Source: a virus. Taken from it: a stretch of 64,000 nucleotides of DNA. The notes below the pieces were generated by a model. The model made no database searches. It saw only the letters and a program-made list of their open reading frames with translations, and was not told where the DNA came from. The stretch covers positions 11,367 to 75,366 of IMG/VR virus record IMGVR_UViG_3300032893_000027. One strand, 5' to 3'. Position numbers and translations under genes: made by a program. This document shows, one piece after another, positions 48,357 to 58,033 of this stretch. Each line of letters opens with the position of its first letter. Position 1 is the first letter of the stretch.

Positions 48357-48800
48357 ATGACCAACACCATCACGATCTCGAAGGAAGACTTCGCTAAGCT
48401 CGTTGCCGAAGCTGTTGCGGCTGAATTGGCTGCATCTAAGGGCAAGGCTGTGAAGGCAGCTATTGCTGGCAAGTCGGAGCGTTCGATGAAGAACGAAATC
48501 CTCTGTGTCAGAGCCTTCAAGAAGGCTGGCTTTGGTGACGTCAAGCCTCATGTCGATGTCATGACTTACAATCGTTGGGTTGCTGCTGGCCGTAAAGTCA
48601 AGCCCGGTGAACATGGCATTCGAGTTAAGAACCTTCGGCTGTTCCACATCAAGCAGACCGAAGCGATCTCGGCCGAGGAAAAGGCGAAGCTGCTTGCCGA
48701 TCAACAAGCGGCTATCGCCAAGTACGAAGCCAAGAAGGCTGGCGCAATAGCCCTCAATGGTATCGACAAGGGACAGCCGGTTGCGGCTTATCCCGCCTAA
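48357..48800 (+). CDS. ArdC-N-like ssDNA-binding/anti-restriction protein (paralogue 1)
   Basis: MTYNRWVAAGRKVKPGE..LFHIKQT matches the TY.QW...G..V.KGE..VF...QT pattern; AAGGA RBS. Confidence 0.6.
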   Translation: MTNTITISKEDFAKLVAEAVAAELAASKGKAVKAAIAGKSERSMKNEILCVRAFKKAGFGDVKPHVDVMTYNRWVAAGRKVKPGEHGIRVKNLRLFHIKQTEAISAEEKAKLLADQQAAIAKYEAKKAGAIALNGIDKGQPVAAYPA

Positions 48801-48817
48801 CGGCAACAAACCAGTGA

Positions 48818-48847
48818 TGGGCGGACTAAACATCCGCCCACTTTACT
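48818..48847 (+). terminator. Possible intrinsic terminator
   Basis: TGGGCGGA/TCCGCCCA stem followed by a weak T tail. Confidence 0.4.
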
Positions 48848-48876
48848 CCCATCGCATTGATTTTGAAAGGAAAATC

Positions 48877-49633
48877 ATGAGAAACGCTATCGCAATTACG
48901 CTGCTAGTTTTTATCGGCTTTGTACTTGGCTACGCCAGCCACCCCAAGCCGTTATTCGCCAGCTATGACGAAGCTGCCCGCTGGTGCGATTTCGAATAGG
49001 AGGATTGAGCATGTATCAGGTCATTTTCCAAGTCTACAGCGGCGATAAATGGCTGGACTATTGCCGTGAGCCAAGTCCGCATAAGCAACATCTTAACCCC
49101 ACAAACCAGTGGGCGAAGGATAATTGCGACGTGCTGGGGCGGAATCACGCCAAGCCATTCCGCTTTATCCTCGAATACTGGAAGGAGGACTAAATGACCA
49201 TTGTCTTACGCCCATACTATGGCCAATGGGCTATTTACGCTGATGGACAATATGCTGGCTTGATCAAAGGCCAGCCGCAGGAATGTGTTGCAACTTTGCA
49301 TCGGGTTTATCCCGAAGCGACTCAAATTGCCGTTATGGCCGGGCTTACAGCCCCTCAGTGGGAGAACAGAGCGTGAAGATCATCAATACTTACCACACTT
49401 ATCCAGACCTTGATGAAGCCGGTGTCGCCTTCCTTACCGTTCTAACCGAAGGCGATATTGGCGATTATGCCGTTTACTCAGGAATCGTCGGTTTCACTTG
49501 GGACTATGCAGGCGATTATGAGTTTGAACGCAACATTGCGGCGCAACGAGTCGCTAAAAGTGGCCAGAAAGAGCCATACGAACGCGCCGTGACCTTCTTC
49601 CCTTACCTCAAGAGAGAAAGTTATCGCCAATGA
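48877..49633 (+). other. Cluster of short early-type ORFs (48877, 49011, 49194, 49373)
   Basis: Each has a GGA/AGGAGG RBS and they are coupled. Confidence 0.5.
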
Positions 49634-49740
49634 AAGACATCGCCATCGGTTTCATCTTGGGAGCAGCCCTGTTTGGGCTGTTCCTTTCATCGCTTGTTAT
49701 CAAGATAGACCAATTCAACTAGCAAAATCAGGGAGATGTT

Positions 49741-50091
49741 ATGAGCCTAGTCATGGTCCACTACCTGCACCCGAAATGCACCCAAGATCACGTCGGACTG
49801 ATTCCATATATGCTGGATTCAGCCGATCCAACGCCAGCCAAAGACCAATTCGACCGCAATTATCAGCATGGCGGCGGTTGGCGAAATCAAAAAGGTTTTA
49901 CTTTGCTGGACGGCAATGTCCTGCAATATGGCGAGGAATATGACCCGGACGATCATGAAACTGATCCGCCGCTGAAACCCATTGCCGAAATCGTGATGCC
50001 CGGACGCGAAGAACGCATCTTTGTGTACGATTATGGCTATGTTGCCATAATTCAGCCAGACCAATCTTTTGAAGTCTGCCGAATGGATTAA
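49741..50091 (+). CDS. Hypothetical protein
   Basis: GGGAGA RBS; YQHGGGW..DPPLKP..FEVCRMD. Confidence 0.6.
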   Translation: MSLVMVHYLHPKCTQDHVGLIPYMLDSADPTPAKDQFDRNYQHGGGWRNQKGFTLLDGNVLQYGEEYDPDDHETDPPLKPIAEIVMPGREERIFVYDYGYVAIIQPDQSFEVCRMD

Positions 50092-50103
50092 GGGGAATAA
50101 AAC

Positions 50104-50526
50104 ATGAACAAAGAACGTCTGTTGAAACTGGCCGATCTGTTAGAAGCCGATGCCAAGAACCCCAAGGGAGTTAAATTCGATCTCTCTGAGTGGGGCGAGG
50201 CTGTTGATCCCAAAACGCCCGTTAATTGCGGAACATCCGCTTGTGCGGTTGGACTCGCTTGCATTTCCGGTGCTTTCAAGAAAGAAGGCTTGGGTTATGA
50301 GGTAGTGGAAGGCAAAGAATGGGATGATCTAGATAAGCCATCAGCTATTTATACCATAAATCCCACCTACAAAAAAATGTCTGGATGGGATGCCGTCGCA
50401 AAATTCTTCGGTATCGGTTACGCCGATGCTGAATATCTATTCAGTTCTTACGAGTACAACAGTATTCCAAAAGGGGCAAAGGGTGAACGTACCGTAGCCA
50501 AGCGTATCAGGGAGTTTTGTAAATGA
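50104..50526 (+). CDS. Hypothetical protein (CGTSACAVG motif)
   Basis: RBS and coherent ORF. Confidence 0.6.
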   Translation: MNKERLLKLADLLEADAKNPKGVKFDLSEWGEAVDPKTPVNCGTSACAVGLACISGAFKKEGLGYEVVEGKEWDDLDKPSAIYTINPTYKKMSGWDAVAKFFGIGYADAEYLFSSYEYNSIPKGAKGERTVAKRIREFCK

Positions 50527-50720
50527 CGACCTATAACGTCCACGCCCAAATCGTCCCCGGCAATAAAGCCAGCGACGTTTACTATACCGTAGAAGCCTCC
50601 TCAAAGGAAGAGGCTTGGGACAAAGCCAGATCGAATTATAAGAAGTCTGGAATGATCTATCGCGTTGTTTCCTTTGAAGAAAAAGAAAAGTAATACCACA
50701 AGAAAAGCAGGTAATACCAA

Positions 50721-50744
50721 AAGGCTCCCTTCGGGGAGCTTTTT
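50721..50744 (+). terminator. Rho-independent terminator
   Basis: GGCTCCC-TTCG-GGGAGCT followed by a T run. Confidence 0.8.
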
Positions 50745-50780
50745 GTCGTTTGTGGGCTAATCCACGCAAAAGGAGCCAAT

Positions 50781-51197
50781 ATGACTCAATTCCTAAGCAA
50801 TGAACGTAGTGAGAACCTGAAGAAGGAACTCATGGAACTTGGTATGCCAGAGAATCTGGCGAATGAGGTATCAACTTATAGTGATGACTTCGACTTTTTG
50901 GACGACAAGCTTGCCCGCCACACCAGCGGCTCGCTCAAATGGGCGAGATTAATGGTTGATGCCGTCATTGAGGATAATGCCGAGGAAAGACAGGAGTTCG
51001 CAGTCTACATCAAGGCCGAAATGGCGATCCGCTCAGCCTATCGTCAGGAAGCAATGGAACGTGGCATCTTCAAGAACTTCACCCGATGGGCCAAATCCGC
51101 TGAAGATGCGATTCCAACGCTCAGGGAACATACCAGACGCATTGAAGCCTATAAGCTCAATCTAACGGACAAGAACCAAGGCACCAATCTGCACTAA
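50781..51197 (+). CDS. Hypothetical acidic protein
   Basis: AAGGAG RBS. Confidence 0.6.
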   Translation: MTQFLSNERSENLKKELMELGMPENLANEVSTYSDDFDFLDDKLARHTSGSLKWARLMVDAVIEDNAEERQEFAVYIKAEMAIRSAYRQEAMERGIFKNFTRWAKSAEDAIPTLREHTRRIEAYKLNLTDKNQGTNLH

Positions 51198-51208
51198 TAG
51201 GCCGACCA

Positions 51209-51250
51209 ACGTCTCTTCTTCCTCCTCTCTTCGAGAGGAAGAAGAGACGT
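51209..51250 (+). promoter_or_regulatory. Long bulged leader hairpin 2
   Basis: ACGTCTCTTCTTC[CTC]CTCTC-TTC-GAGAGGAAGAAGAGACGT. Confidence 0.55.
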
Positions 51251-51272
51251 CCTCCAATCACGGAGATTTGAT

Positions 51273-52866
51273 ATGGCTAATAGGCAGGGACCGCCATCAG
51301 ACGAAATCGTTGAATTCATTGCGGAAACAATCGCAGAGATGATGAGCCAAATGAATTGTGATCCGCTTGACCGCATGGTGGATATCACCGAGGATACGCC
51401 AGAGACAATCCCACTAACAGCCCGCATCGAGGAACGCTATACCGCCCTCCATGCGGTTTACTATGAACAAACAATAACTGAGAGGGAATGAATGGCAACT
51501 TATCGTGTTGTGAATGAACTAGGCCATATTGAGGCCGAGTTTCCAGTGTACTCTATGGCCAAAGCAGAGGCTGATCGCTGTCATACACGCGGACAGCGCT
51601 CAGGACATTACCGCGTTGAGGAAGTGAATATAGTCTACCACACCGCTGAAAAGCTTCATTCCGATACATTTGGGAAACTGGGCTATGACAATGTTCGCGG
51701 AGAAGTCTATCCAGTAGGAGAAAAGCCACAATGACTGACAGAAAACTGACCGAGATCGAGATTTGGACTGAAACGCTGGAACTCGTTAACTACTTCAAGG
51801 AAAGGAACATCCCGCAACGGGAAGCCTGCTGTGTCATGAGTGCCGCACTGGCTGGCATCTTGGCCACTAAATTTATGGAGGAGGACTATCAGACGATGGT
51901 TGATAAGTTTGGCGCCATGACGCTTGGTTTCATCAAGGAGGGCAATCAAGCCAATAGGGAACGAAAAATTAAGGAAGGAATGAAGCACTAATGTGGATAT
52001 GTCTAAACGACGGATTCTATTCAATAGTTCAAGATCATGACAATCCAAACTTGGTTTGGGTGAGATCAAGACATCGTGATCATTTGGCTAAACTATTCCC
52101 TTATCGTATTGAAATACAGGAACATGAGGATCGAGATTATCGTTATCGGACCCTAGTCGAGAAAGGTGATGTGGCTGATATTATTTCTCACCGTGTTAAC
52201 TTAATCAATTACGGCAACTTCAAAGCCTCGGTTAAGGACAAGCAACTGCATGATCTTTATAGCGATTTCTGGACGATGCACCGGCTTTATCAAGAGGAGA
52301 ACGAATGATAGATAGCGTCACCAACATCATCTACATCAGAGAAGGGGAGCGGTTTGTAGCTCCCCTTGAAGTTTTTCAGGCCATTAACAAGCTTGCCAAT
52401 AAGAAAGGGCTCAAATCCTACGTTATGGGCAAGCTAGACAATGAAACCATCTCATTCAGGATCATCGAAGATGACGGACAAGTACATTTTGGACGGCCGC
52501 GTTCCGTTAAAGTGTAATAACCTAACGGAATGGGCTCGCTGGTTTACGGAGGAAGATCGCCACGTTGCGAATGATTGGATCAATGGCGTTCATGTCAGCA
52601 CCGTTTTCTTAGGGATAGATCATTCCTTCCCCTGTCACGAAAACCACGGTCGCGGGCCAATCCTATTCGAAACCATGATCTTCGGTGGCGTTCATGACGG
52701 TTGGCAGGAACGCTGTTCGACTTGGGAACAGGCCGAGGACATGCACCAGCGAGCCTGCAATGTGGTCCGCAATACCGGATTAATTTACCGTATCAGAGGC
52801 TGGATCAGCGATAAAAAGCGCAGCCTCACGCATGCGTTTCGTCTCTTCCGACTCCGGTACTTTTAG
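51273..52866 (+). other. Cluster of short hypothetical ORFs (51273, 51492, 51731, 51991, 52305, 52471)
   Basis: Coupled ORFs with RBSs. Confidence 0.55.
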
Positions 52867-53325
52867 GCCGAACATGGCTGCCAAGGTCATAGCGGCCTCT
52901 GGGCCAGCTTCCTTGGCGACCACATCCAGAATGCCCTCAATGGAGGTCATATCACCGAATTCGCCCACATGGCCGGTTTCAACCCGTTCACGCAGCAAGC
53001 CCACCAGCTTAGCTTGAGCCGTTGCCGCCATTGTGATCTGATCCGCTCGACCCTGTTTCTTTGCAAGATCAACGGCATACTGATAATCCGTCAGGATCTT
53101 ATCCACAGAAATGTCGGATCGCTTCATTTGCCGCTCCTGAATGCGACTCAATAGTCGCCTAAAATGGGGCTTGCGTAACATCCTCGATGCCAGCACAGAA
53201 GCCGATTTCCGAGAGGTATTAGAATACACTTTCAGATAAGCGTCTGTTGCGCTTGGGGATTTCATCAATTCCCGAGCGAAAAGCTCCTGCTTATGGGTCG
53301 CTATAGATTCGTGCCACCGAGCCAT
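52780..53325 (-). CDS. terS: Terminase small subunit
   Basis: KQELFARE..SATDAYLKVY..SASVLASRMLRKP HTH followed by an oligomerisation helix, AKLVGL; start reassigned to ATG 53325. Confidence 0.72.
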   Translation of the reverse strand: MARWHESIATHKQELFARELMKSPSATDAYLKVYSNTSRKSASVLASRMLRKPHFRRLLSRIQERQMKRSDISVDKILTDYQYAVDLAKKQGRADQITMAATAQAKLVGLLRERVETGHVGEFGDMTSIEGILDVVAKEAGPEAAMTLAAMFGLKVPESEETKRMREAALFIADPASDTVN

Positions 53326-53377
53326 GATGACAATAACTTTACCACAACACCAACGGAGATCAAATGGAGAACGAAAA

Positions 53378-53619
53378 TGAAACGATTTGGGACGGATAAG
53401 TTTCAGGGCTTTTGTGCAGTCCAAGAAGACGGCGCAGGAGCTAAATATATGGAATATTACGACTCTTTTCCTCGCAGAGTTCGTGAACGTATTCGGGAAT
53501 CACCCGTCAATCTGTGCTGCATGTGCGTCAGTTATGGCGGCTATGAACACGGAATGATGGCCCAAATTGAACGGATGGAACGTGCCGCCCTTCAACAAAA
53601 TGATTCAGAACCTCGTTGA
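53378..53619 (+). CDS. Hypothetical protein
   Basis: GGAGA RBS; start uncertain. Confidence 0.45.
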
Positions 53620-53714
53620 CTTAGGTTTGATCGACGCCAATCGGAAATTGACACGAAAAGGACACGCTTGGACCAAAGACCTGATGCAAGCACTAACAAA
53701 AGCGGAGAAGGGGA

Positions 53715-54191
53715 ATGCAGCCAATGGACCTGAGCTTACGGCAATTCGCCGTGCAACTCGCCAAGAGAATAGACGAAACGTGGAACAAAACCGAAACGAT
53801 GTGCCCGATGTGGATAATCGACGGGTCAAATGGCGTTACCGTCATGGGCACCCCTTGGTCAAACGATCACGAAAAATCGCTAATGGTAAAGGCCGTCAAA
53901 GCCTACATGAAGGAGCATGATGCCAAGCGATATGTCCATATCGCAGAGGTCTGGATGCTGGATGACGTGGATAAGGTTCCAGAAAGCATTGCCAGAGGCG
54001 GTAAGGTATCATCCCACCCGCAGCGCAAAGAAGCTGTGATCGCAATGGCTGAGGATCGAAGCGGTAAGGCCGTCCACGTTATCCGCAAGATCACCCGCAG
54101 AGGCGATGAAGCCACCTTGTCTGAGCCCGAGATCATTGAGTTCGAAAAGTCGATGACTCAGGGTATACTAACACATATGTTGCCCGAATGA
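53715..54191 (+). CDS. Hypothetical protein (AEVW..HPQRKEAV motif)
   Basis: Coherent ORF with RBS. Confidence 0.6.
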   Translation: MQPMDLSLRQFAVQLAKRIDETWNKTETMCPMWIIDGSNGVTVMGTPWSNDHEKSLMVKAVKAYMKEHDAKRYVHIAEVWMLDDVDKVPESIARGGKVSSHPQRKEAVIAMAEDRSGKAVHVIRKITRRGDEATLSEPEIIEFEKSMTQGILTHMLPE

Positions 54192-54491
54192 TCGAGTGGC
54201 TTGTTCGCAACCATCCTCTTATGGCGTCAATTGCTTGGTTATTATTCATGCTTTGCTGCATAATGACAACAGTCGCCATAGTAAATTTACTATATTTAAG
54301 GAAAAAAGATGGGGAATAGCCGCAGATTGATCCGGTCCATAGATCCACAAGCCGTCAAGAAGGCTTTGTCCTCGATTCTCAAGAGCAAGAAGAGGTCAGA
54401 AATATCCCCTGAACTGGACAAGGCCATTTCAGATGAAATCGCCGAGGGAACCCCGGTTATAACTAAAAGTTCTTGAAGGAGGACGAATAAC

Positions 54492-54538
54492 CATCCTCTC
54501 TCCACACCCCTCATTTTATGAGGTGTGGAGAGAGGATG
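54492..54538 (+). promoter_or_regulatory. Long bulged leader hairpin 3
   Basis: CATCCTCTCTCCACA[CC]CCTCAT-TTT-ATGAGGTGTGGAGAGAGGATG; 36 nt before the ATG at 54575. Confidence 0.6.
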
Positions 54539-54574
54539 AGAAGCTCCCACCGCCAACCAAAGAAGGAGCGACCA

Positions 54575-54958
54575 ATGACCGAACAATTGAAAGTTAGTGC
54601 CGCCGACCTCCAGAAGCTTATTGCCGAAGGAGTCGCCGCTGCTATGGCCTCAACCAAGAAGGGGAAGCAGGCTAAGGGCAAAGCCGGTGGCCGGAAAAAG
54701 ACTGATGAAGAGAAGGCTGCGGCTAGGGTTAAGACCGACGCCGAGGTTCTCAAGGTCTTTACCAAGGCCGGATTCAAGGATGTTGTGCCGAGAGAGACAG
54801 TCCGGACTTACAAGAAATGGCTGGAGGCCGGACGAATTGTGAAGAAAGGCGAGAAGAATCATAAGGTTGGTTCTTTTCCGCTGTTCCATATTTCCCAAAC
54901 TGAGCCGATTGTGGCTCAGCCTCAGCCGCAGCAAGAGACGGCATCAACCGTTCATTAA
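54575..54958 (+). CDS. ArdC-N-like ssDNA-binding protein (paralogue 2)
   Basis: RTYKKWLEAGRIVKKGE..LFHISQT; AAGGAG RBS. Confidence 0.6.
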   Translation: MTEQLKVSAADLQKLIAEGVAAAMASTKKGKQAKGKAGGRKKTDEEKAAARVKTDAEVLKVFTKAGFKDVVPRETVRTYKKWLEAGRIVKKGEKNHKVGSFPLFHISQTEPIVAQPQPQQETASTVH

Positions 54959-54977
54959 CCGGCGCAACTTACACTCT

Positions 54978-55002
54978 AAGGCTCCCTTCGGGGAGCCTTT
55001 TT
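54978..55002 (+). terminator. Rho-independent terminator (near-identical to the one at 50721)
   Basis: AAGGCTCCC-TTCG-GGGAGCCTT followed by TTT. Confidence 0.8.
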
Positions 55003-55038
55003 GTGTTTGTAAGACCCACCAACGAAAGGAGAATACTT

Positions 55039-55542
55039 ATGGCGTTTCATCCCCAAGCTGAGCAGGTTTGCATAGAAGGCTTCGGCTACGCTGAAACCCT
55101 CTGTCAAGCCACGACCGCTAAGGTCCAAGAGATCGTCCCCAAAGACGGAACTCAGATCCTAATGGGAGCCCTTGCCGTAGCTGGCGGTGCTCTCAAGACG
55201 CTCTCTGAACTGATCGCTGCCGGAACTGATGGCGATGTTATCACCGGCAAGGCCAATAAGGAAACGGCCCTTGTCGCCGCTCTGTTAGTGGCACGAATCG
55301 CTATGCCACACAAGAAAGGGCTGCAAGTCGACTTCAGCCCACGTAACTTCACGGCTGCCGTCAAGGCTGCCGAGAAGATCGCCGGAAAAGACCTCTCCAA
55401 GTACCTCAATAAGGGAATGGTCGATTTCTTCGCAAAGGCTGTCGAGCGTGACATGACCCTCGGATATTGGGACTACCTCAAGGATGTCGGTCCCGAGTTC
55501 GATAACTTCTCGGGCCAAATCACCAACTTCACCAAGCACTAA
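55039..55542 (+). CDS. Hypothetical helical protein
   Basis: AAGGAG RBS. Confidence 0.6.
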   Translation: MAFHPQAEQVCIEGFGYAETLCQATTAKVQEIVPKDGTQILMGALAVAGGALKTLSELIAAGTDGDVITGKANKETALVAALLVARIAMPHKKGLQVDFSPRNFTAAVKAAEKIAGKDLSKYLNKGMVDFFAKAVERDMTLGYWDYLKDVGPEFDNFSGQITNFTKH

Positions 55543-55552
55543 AGGAGGATTC

Positions 55553-56008
55553 ATGAACTTTGATGATGCAAGCCGCGTTACCGGCAAAGACGACGAGATT
55601 GCCCAAGGCGTTGTTAAGGGCGTCCATAATATCATGATGATGGGCGCCGCTGCTATGAGGGACAACGGCGCTAGAGTTGTCCTCATTGCCGGATGTTCAC
55701 TTCCGGCCCTCAATACGCTGGCCATGTCTTTCGGCGAACATCAGCCCGGAGATCATGTGCCAGCCAATGAGGAACTCACGACCTTCGGCGCTTTCTATAT
55801 GATTGCCGCCGTCGAGAATGCTGATACGAATCACCTGTGCGTTGGATTTTCTCCAGAAATCTTGTCCAAGGCGCTCAGGTTGTTCAAAGCACACACTGGC
55901 CGCGATTATACCGGAATTTCGCCTAATTTGTTGAGAATGATCGCTGAACAGGAGAAAAAAGCCAATGAAGCGGCTCCTGTTCACCTGAAGAAGTTCCTCC
56001 CGAACTAG
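55553..56008 (+). CDS. Hypothetical helical protein (distant paralogue of 55039..55542)
   Basis: AGGAGG RBS. Confidence 0.6.
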   Translation: MNFDDASRVTGKDDEIAQGVVKGVHNIMMMGAAAMRDNGARVVLIAGCSLPALNTLAMSFGEHQPGDHVPANEELTTFGAFYMIAAVENADTNHLCVGFSPEILSKALRLFKAHTGRDYTGISPNLLRMIAEQEKKANEAAPVHLKKFLPN

Positions 56009-56023
56009 TATCCCGATTCCTCT

Positions 56024-56065
56024 TCCTCACTCTCTCTTCTTCGCTTTGCGAAGAGAGAGTGAGGA
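56024..56065 (+). promoter_or_regulatory. Long bulged leader hairpin 4
   Basis: TCCTCACTCTCTCTTC[TTC]GC-TTT-GCGAAGAGAGAGTGAGGA; 38 nt before the ATG at 56104. Confidence 0.55.
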
Positions 56066-56103
56066 GAGCGAATAAGTGCCTCCCACCACATAAAGGACGA
56101 TAA

Positions 56104-57588
56104 ATGACTGATAACTTGAAGGAACGAATAGAGTCTGCCGTTGCAGACCAGAAGAAGGCCGAGCGTGTTAATTGGAACAAGCTCGACATGCCTATTGAGT
56201 ACCAAGGAAAGGCCATCACCCTTCCCGGTGATCCCGCCAAGATGCCAATCAGAGCAGCGATTGAAGCCCTGAGCCGGAAGCTCGCTGACGAGGAAACCGA
56301 GGTGATCGTATATGAGATCATCGATGGCTATCCCCTTGATGCGGCTGTCGCTTTCGTCAAGGCGATGACCAAACTCTATGGCTGGGCGTCACCGGCTGTT
56401 GAAGTCGTTCAAGGGATGATGGGTCCTCAGGAGCGACCGCCAGTTTATCGGCCCGTGAAAGTCGGTAAGAATAAGGAAGATGTGATCCAAGTTCCGCTTG
56501 GAGCGTTCCGCCTTCCCGGTGTGAGCAACATGATTAAGACCGTGATTGACCACACTGATAAGGGCCTTTGCTTCATTATTCACGCAAAAGTGAAGCAGAA
56601 GGAAAAGGCCATTCTGATTGAACTGGCCACCGAAACCCGCCGCATTGTCGAGGAAGAGAGCATTTACCGAGGCAAAGCGATCCGGATTAGGGTGGACGAT
56701 AACGGCGAACTGGATATCAACAATCCGCCCGAGTTCCTTGATACGGATTCGGTTGGTGAGGAAGATGTTCTGTTCAGCCAAACGATTCGGGATCAGATTC
56801 GGGATAACATTCTGGTCCCGATCAAGTTCCCTGAGGCATGCAGGAAGAATAAGGTTCCAAAGAAGAGGACCGTCCTGCTGGAAGGCCCTTATGGCACCGG
56901 CAAGTCGCTAACTGCGGCAATGGTGGCGAGGGTCTGTGAAGAAAACGACGTCACTTTCGTTCTGCTTGACCGTGTTCAGGGCCTCAAGGCAGGTTTGGAG
57001 TTCGCCAAGAGGTTTGGTCGGGCCGTTTTCTTTGCGGAAGATATTGATCGGGTCGCTATGGACCGTGATGAGCGGATGAACGATCTGATTAATACCATCG
57101 ACGGTGTGGTATCTAAATCCAGTCAGATCATGACGATCTTGACCACAAACCACGCCGATCAGCTTCATCCGGTCATTTTGAGGCCGGGTCGTCTGGATGC
57201 GGTAATCTCACTGAGGGCACCGGATGCGACGACAGTCAGGAAGCTGATTGCCCATTATGCCGGTAAACTGGTTCCGGAAGGGGAGTCGCTGGAGAAGGCC
57301 GGAAAGGCGCTGGAAGGACAGATTCCAGCTTCAATCCGGGAGTGCGTGGAACGTGCCAAGTTGGGCATGATCGGTCGCGGTGCCAACAAGTTGTCAGATC
57401 ACGATTTGTTCATTGCGGCAGAGACGATGAAGAACCATCTGGCCTTACTCAATAAGGACCAGAAGGTTAAGACCACCGCAGAAACCTTGGCCGAATCCCT
57501 CCAAAAGGTGGTTCGTGGTGAAGACGATGACGTTGATCTGACTGTCAAACAGCAGGTCGCAGAACTTTATGACCATATAATCAACTAA
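56104..57588 (+). CDS. AAA+ ATPase (classic AAA clade)
   Basis: GPYGTGKS, FAEDID, TTNH..LHPVILRPGRLD. Confidence 0.88.
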   Translation: MTDNLKERIESAVADQKKAERVNWNKLDMPIEYQGKAITLPGDPAKMPIRAAIEALSRKLADEETEVIVYEIIDGYPLDAAVAFVKAMTKLYGWASPAVEVVQGMMGPQERPPVYRPVKVGKNKEDVIQVPLGAFRLPGVSNMIKTVIDHTDKGLCFIIHAKVKQKEKAILIELATETRRIVEEESIYRGKAIRIRVDDNGELDINNPPEFLDTDSVGEEDVLFSQTIRDQIRDNILVPIKFPEACRKNKVPKKRTVLLEGPYGTGKSLTAAMVARVCEENDVTFVLLDRVQGLKAGLEFAKRFGRAVFFAEDIDRVAMDRDERMNDLINTIDGVVSKSSQIMTILTTNHADQLHPVILRPGRLDAVISLRAPDATTVRKLIAHYAGKLVPEGESLEKAGKALEGQIPASIRECVERAKLGMIGRGANKLSDHDLFIAAETMKNHLALLNKDQKVKTTAETLAESLQKVVRGEDDDVDLTVKQQVAELYDHIIN

Positions 57589-57625
57589 CCCGTAGGCCAA
57601 TCCCCCCTGCCCACCTACGGGCTAA

Positions 57626-57666
57626 CCCTCCCAGAGCGTGTCCTCAGGCTCTGGGAGGGACTTTTA
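57626..57666 (+). terminator. Terminator-like hairpin after the AAA gene
   Basis: 12-bp stem CCCTCCCAGAGC/GCTCTGGGAGGG followed by ACTTTTA. Confidence 0.6.
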
Positions 57667-57808
57667 TAGGGTGAGGACACCGAATATGGAGCTTGCGATG
57701 CGCTTCCACGGTGGGGGTCTCCTTTCCCTCCGCTATAGGTGGAGCGTAGTCAGCCGGTGCGGGACTCTCGGTAGCAAGAAATGAGTCCCACCAGATTAGG
57801 AACGCAAG

Positions 57809-58033
57809 ATGGCAAAGAAGTTTTCAGATATTATCGACAATATGTCAGAGGAAAGACGTCAAAAGATCAAGGAACGGGCCGAATGGCTACTAAAAAATAT
57901 GGAATCCCATCAGGAGAATGGTGGAAGCATCTCCGATGGACAAAGCGAAGCTTCTGGAAGCGACTCCGCCAACACGCCAAACGAGAGATTAAACGGGAAC
58001 TCAAGAAAGGAGAAAGACCATGAAAGTCGTTGA
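57809..58033 (+). CDS. Hypothetical protein resembling the N-terminus of HigA-type antitoxins
   Basis: MAKKFSDIIDNMSEERRQKIKERA. Confidence 0.4.
   Translation: MAKKFSDIIDNMSEERRQKIKERAEWLLKNMESHQENGGSISDGQSEASGSDSANTPNERLNGNSRKEKDHESR

Noticed and set aside
53783-53797. LexA-like GAAC-N7-AAAC site
   Set aside because: It is an imperfect match inside a coding region.
57680-57800. Possible tRNA
   Set aside because: No cloverleaf or T-loop GTTCRA; kept only as an unexplained structured element.
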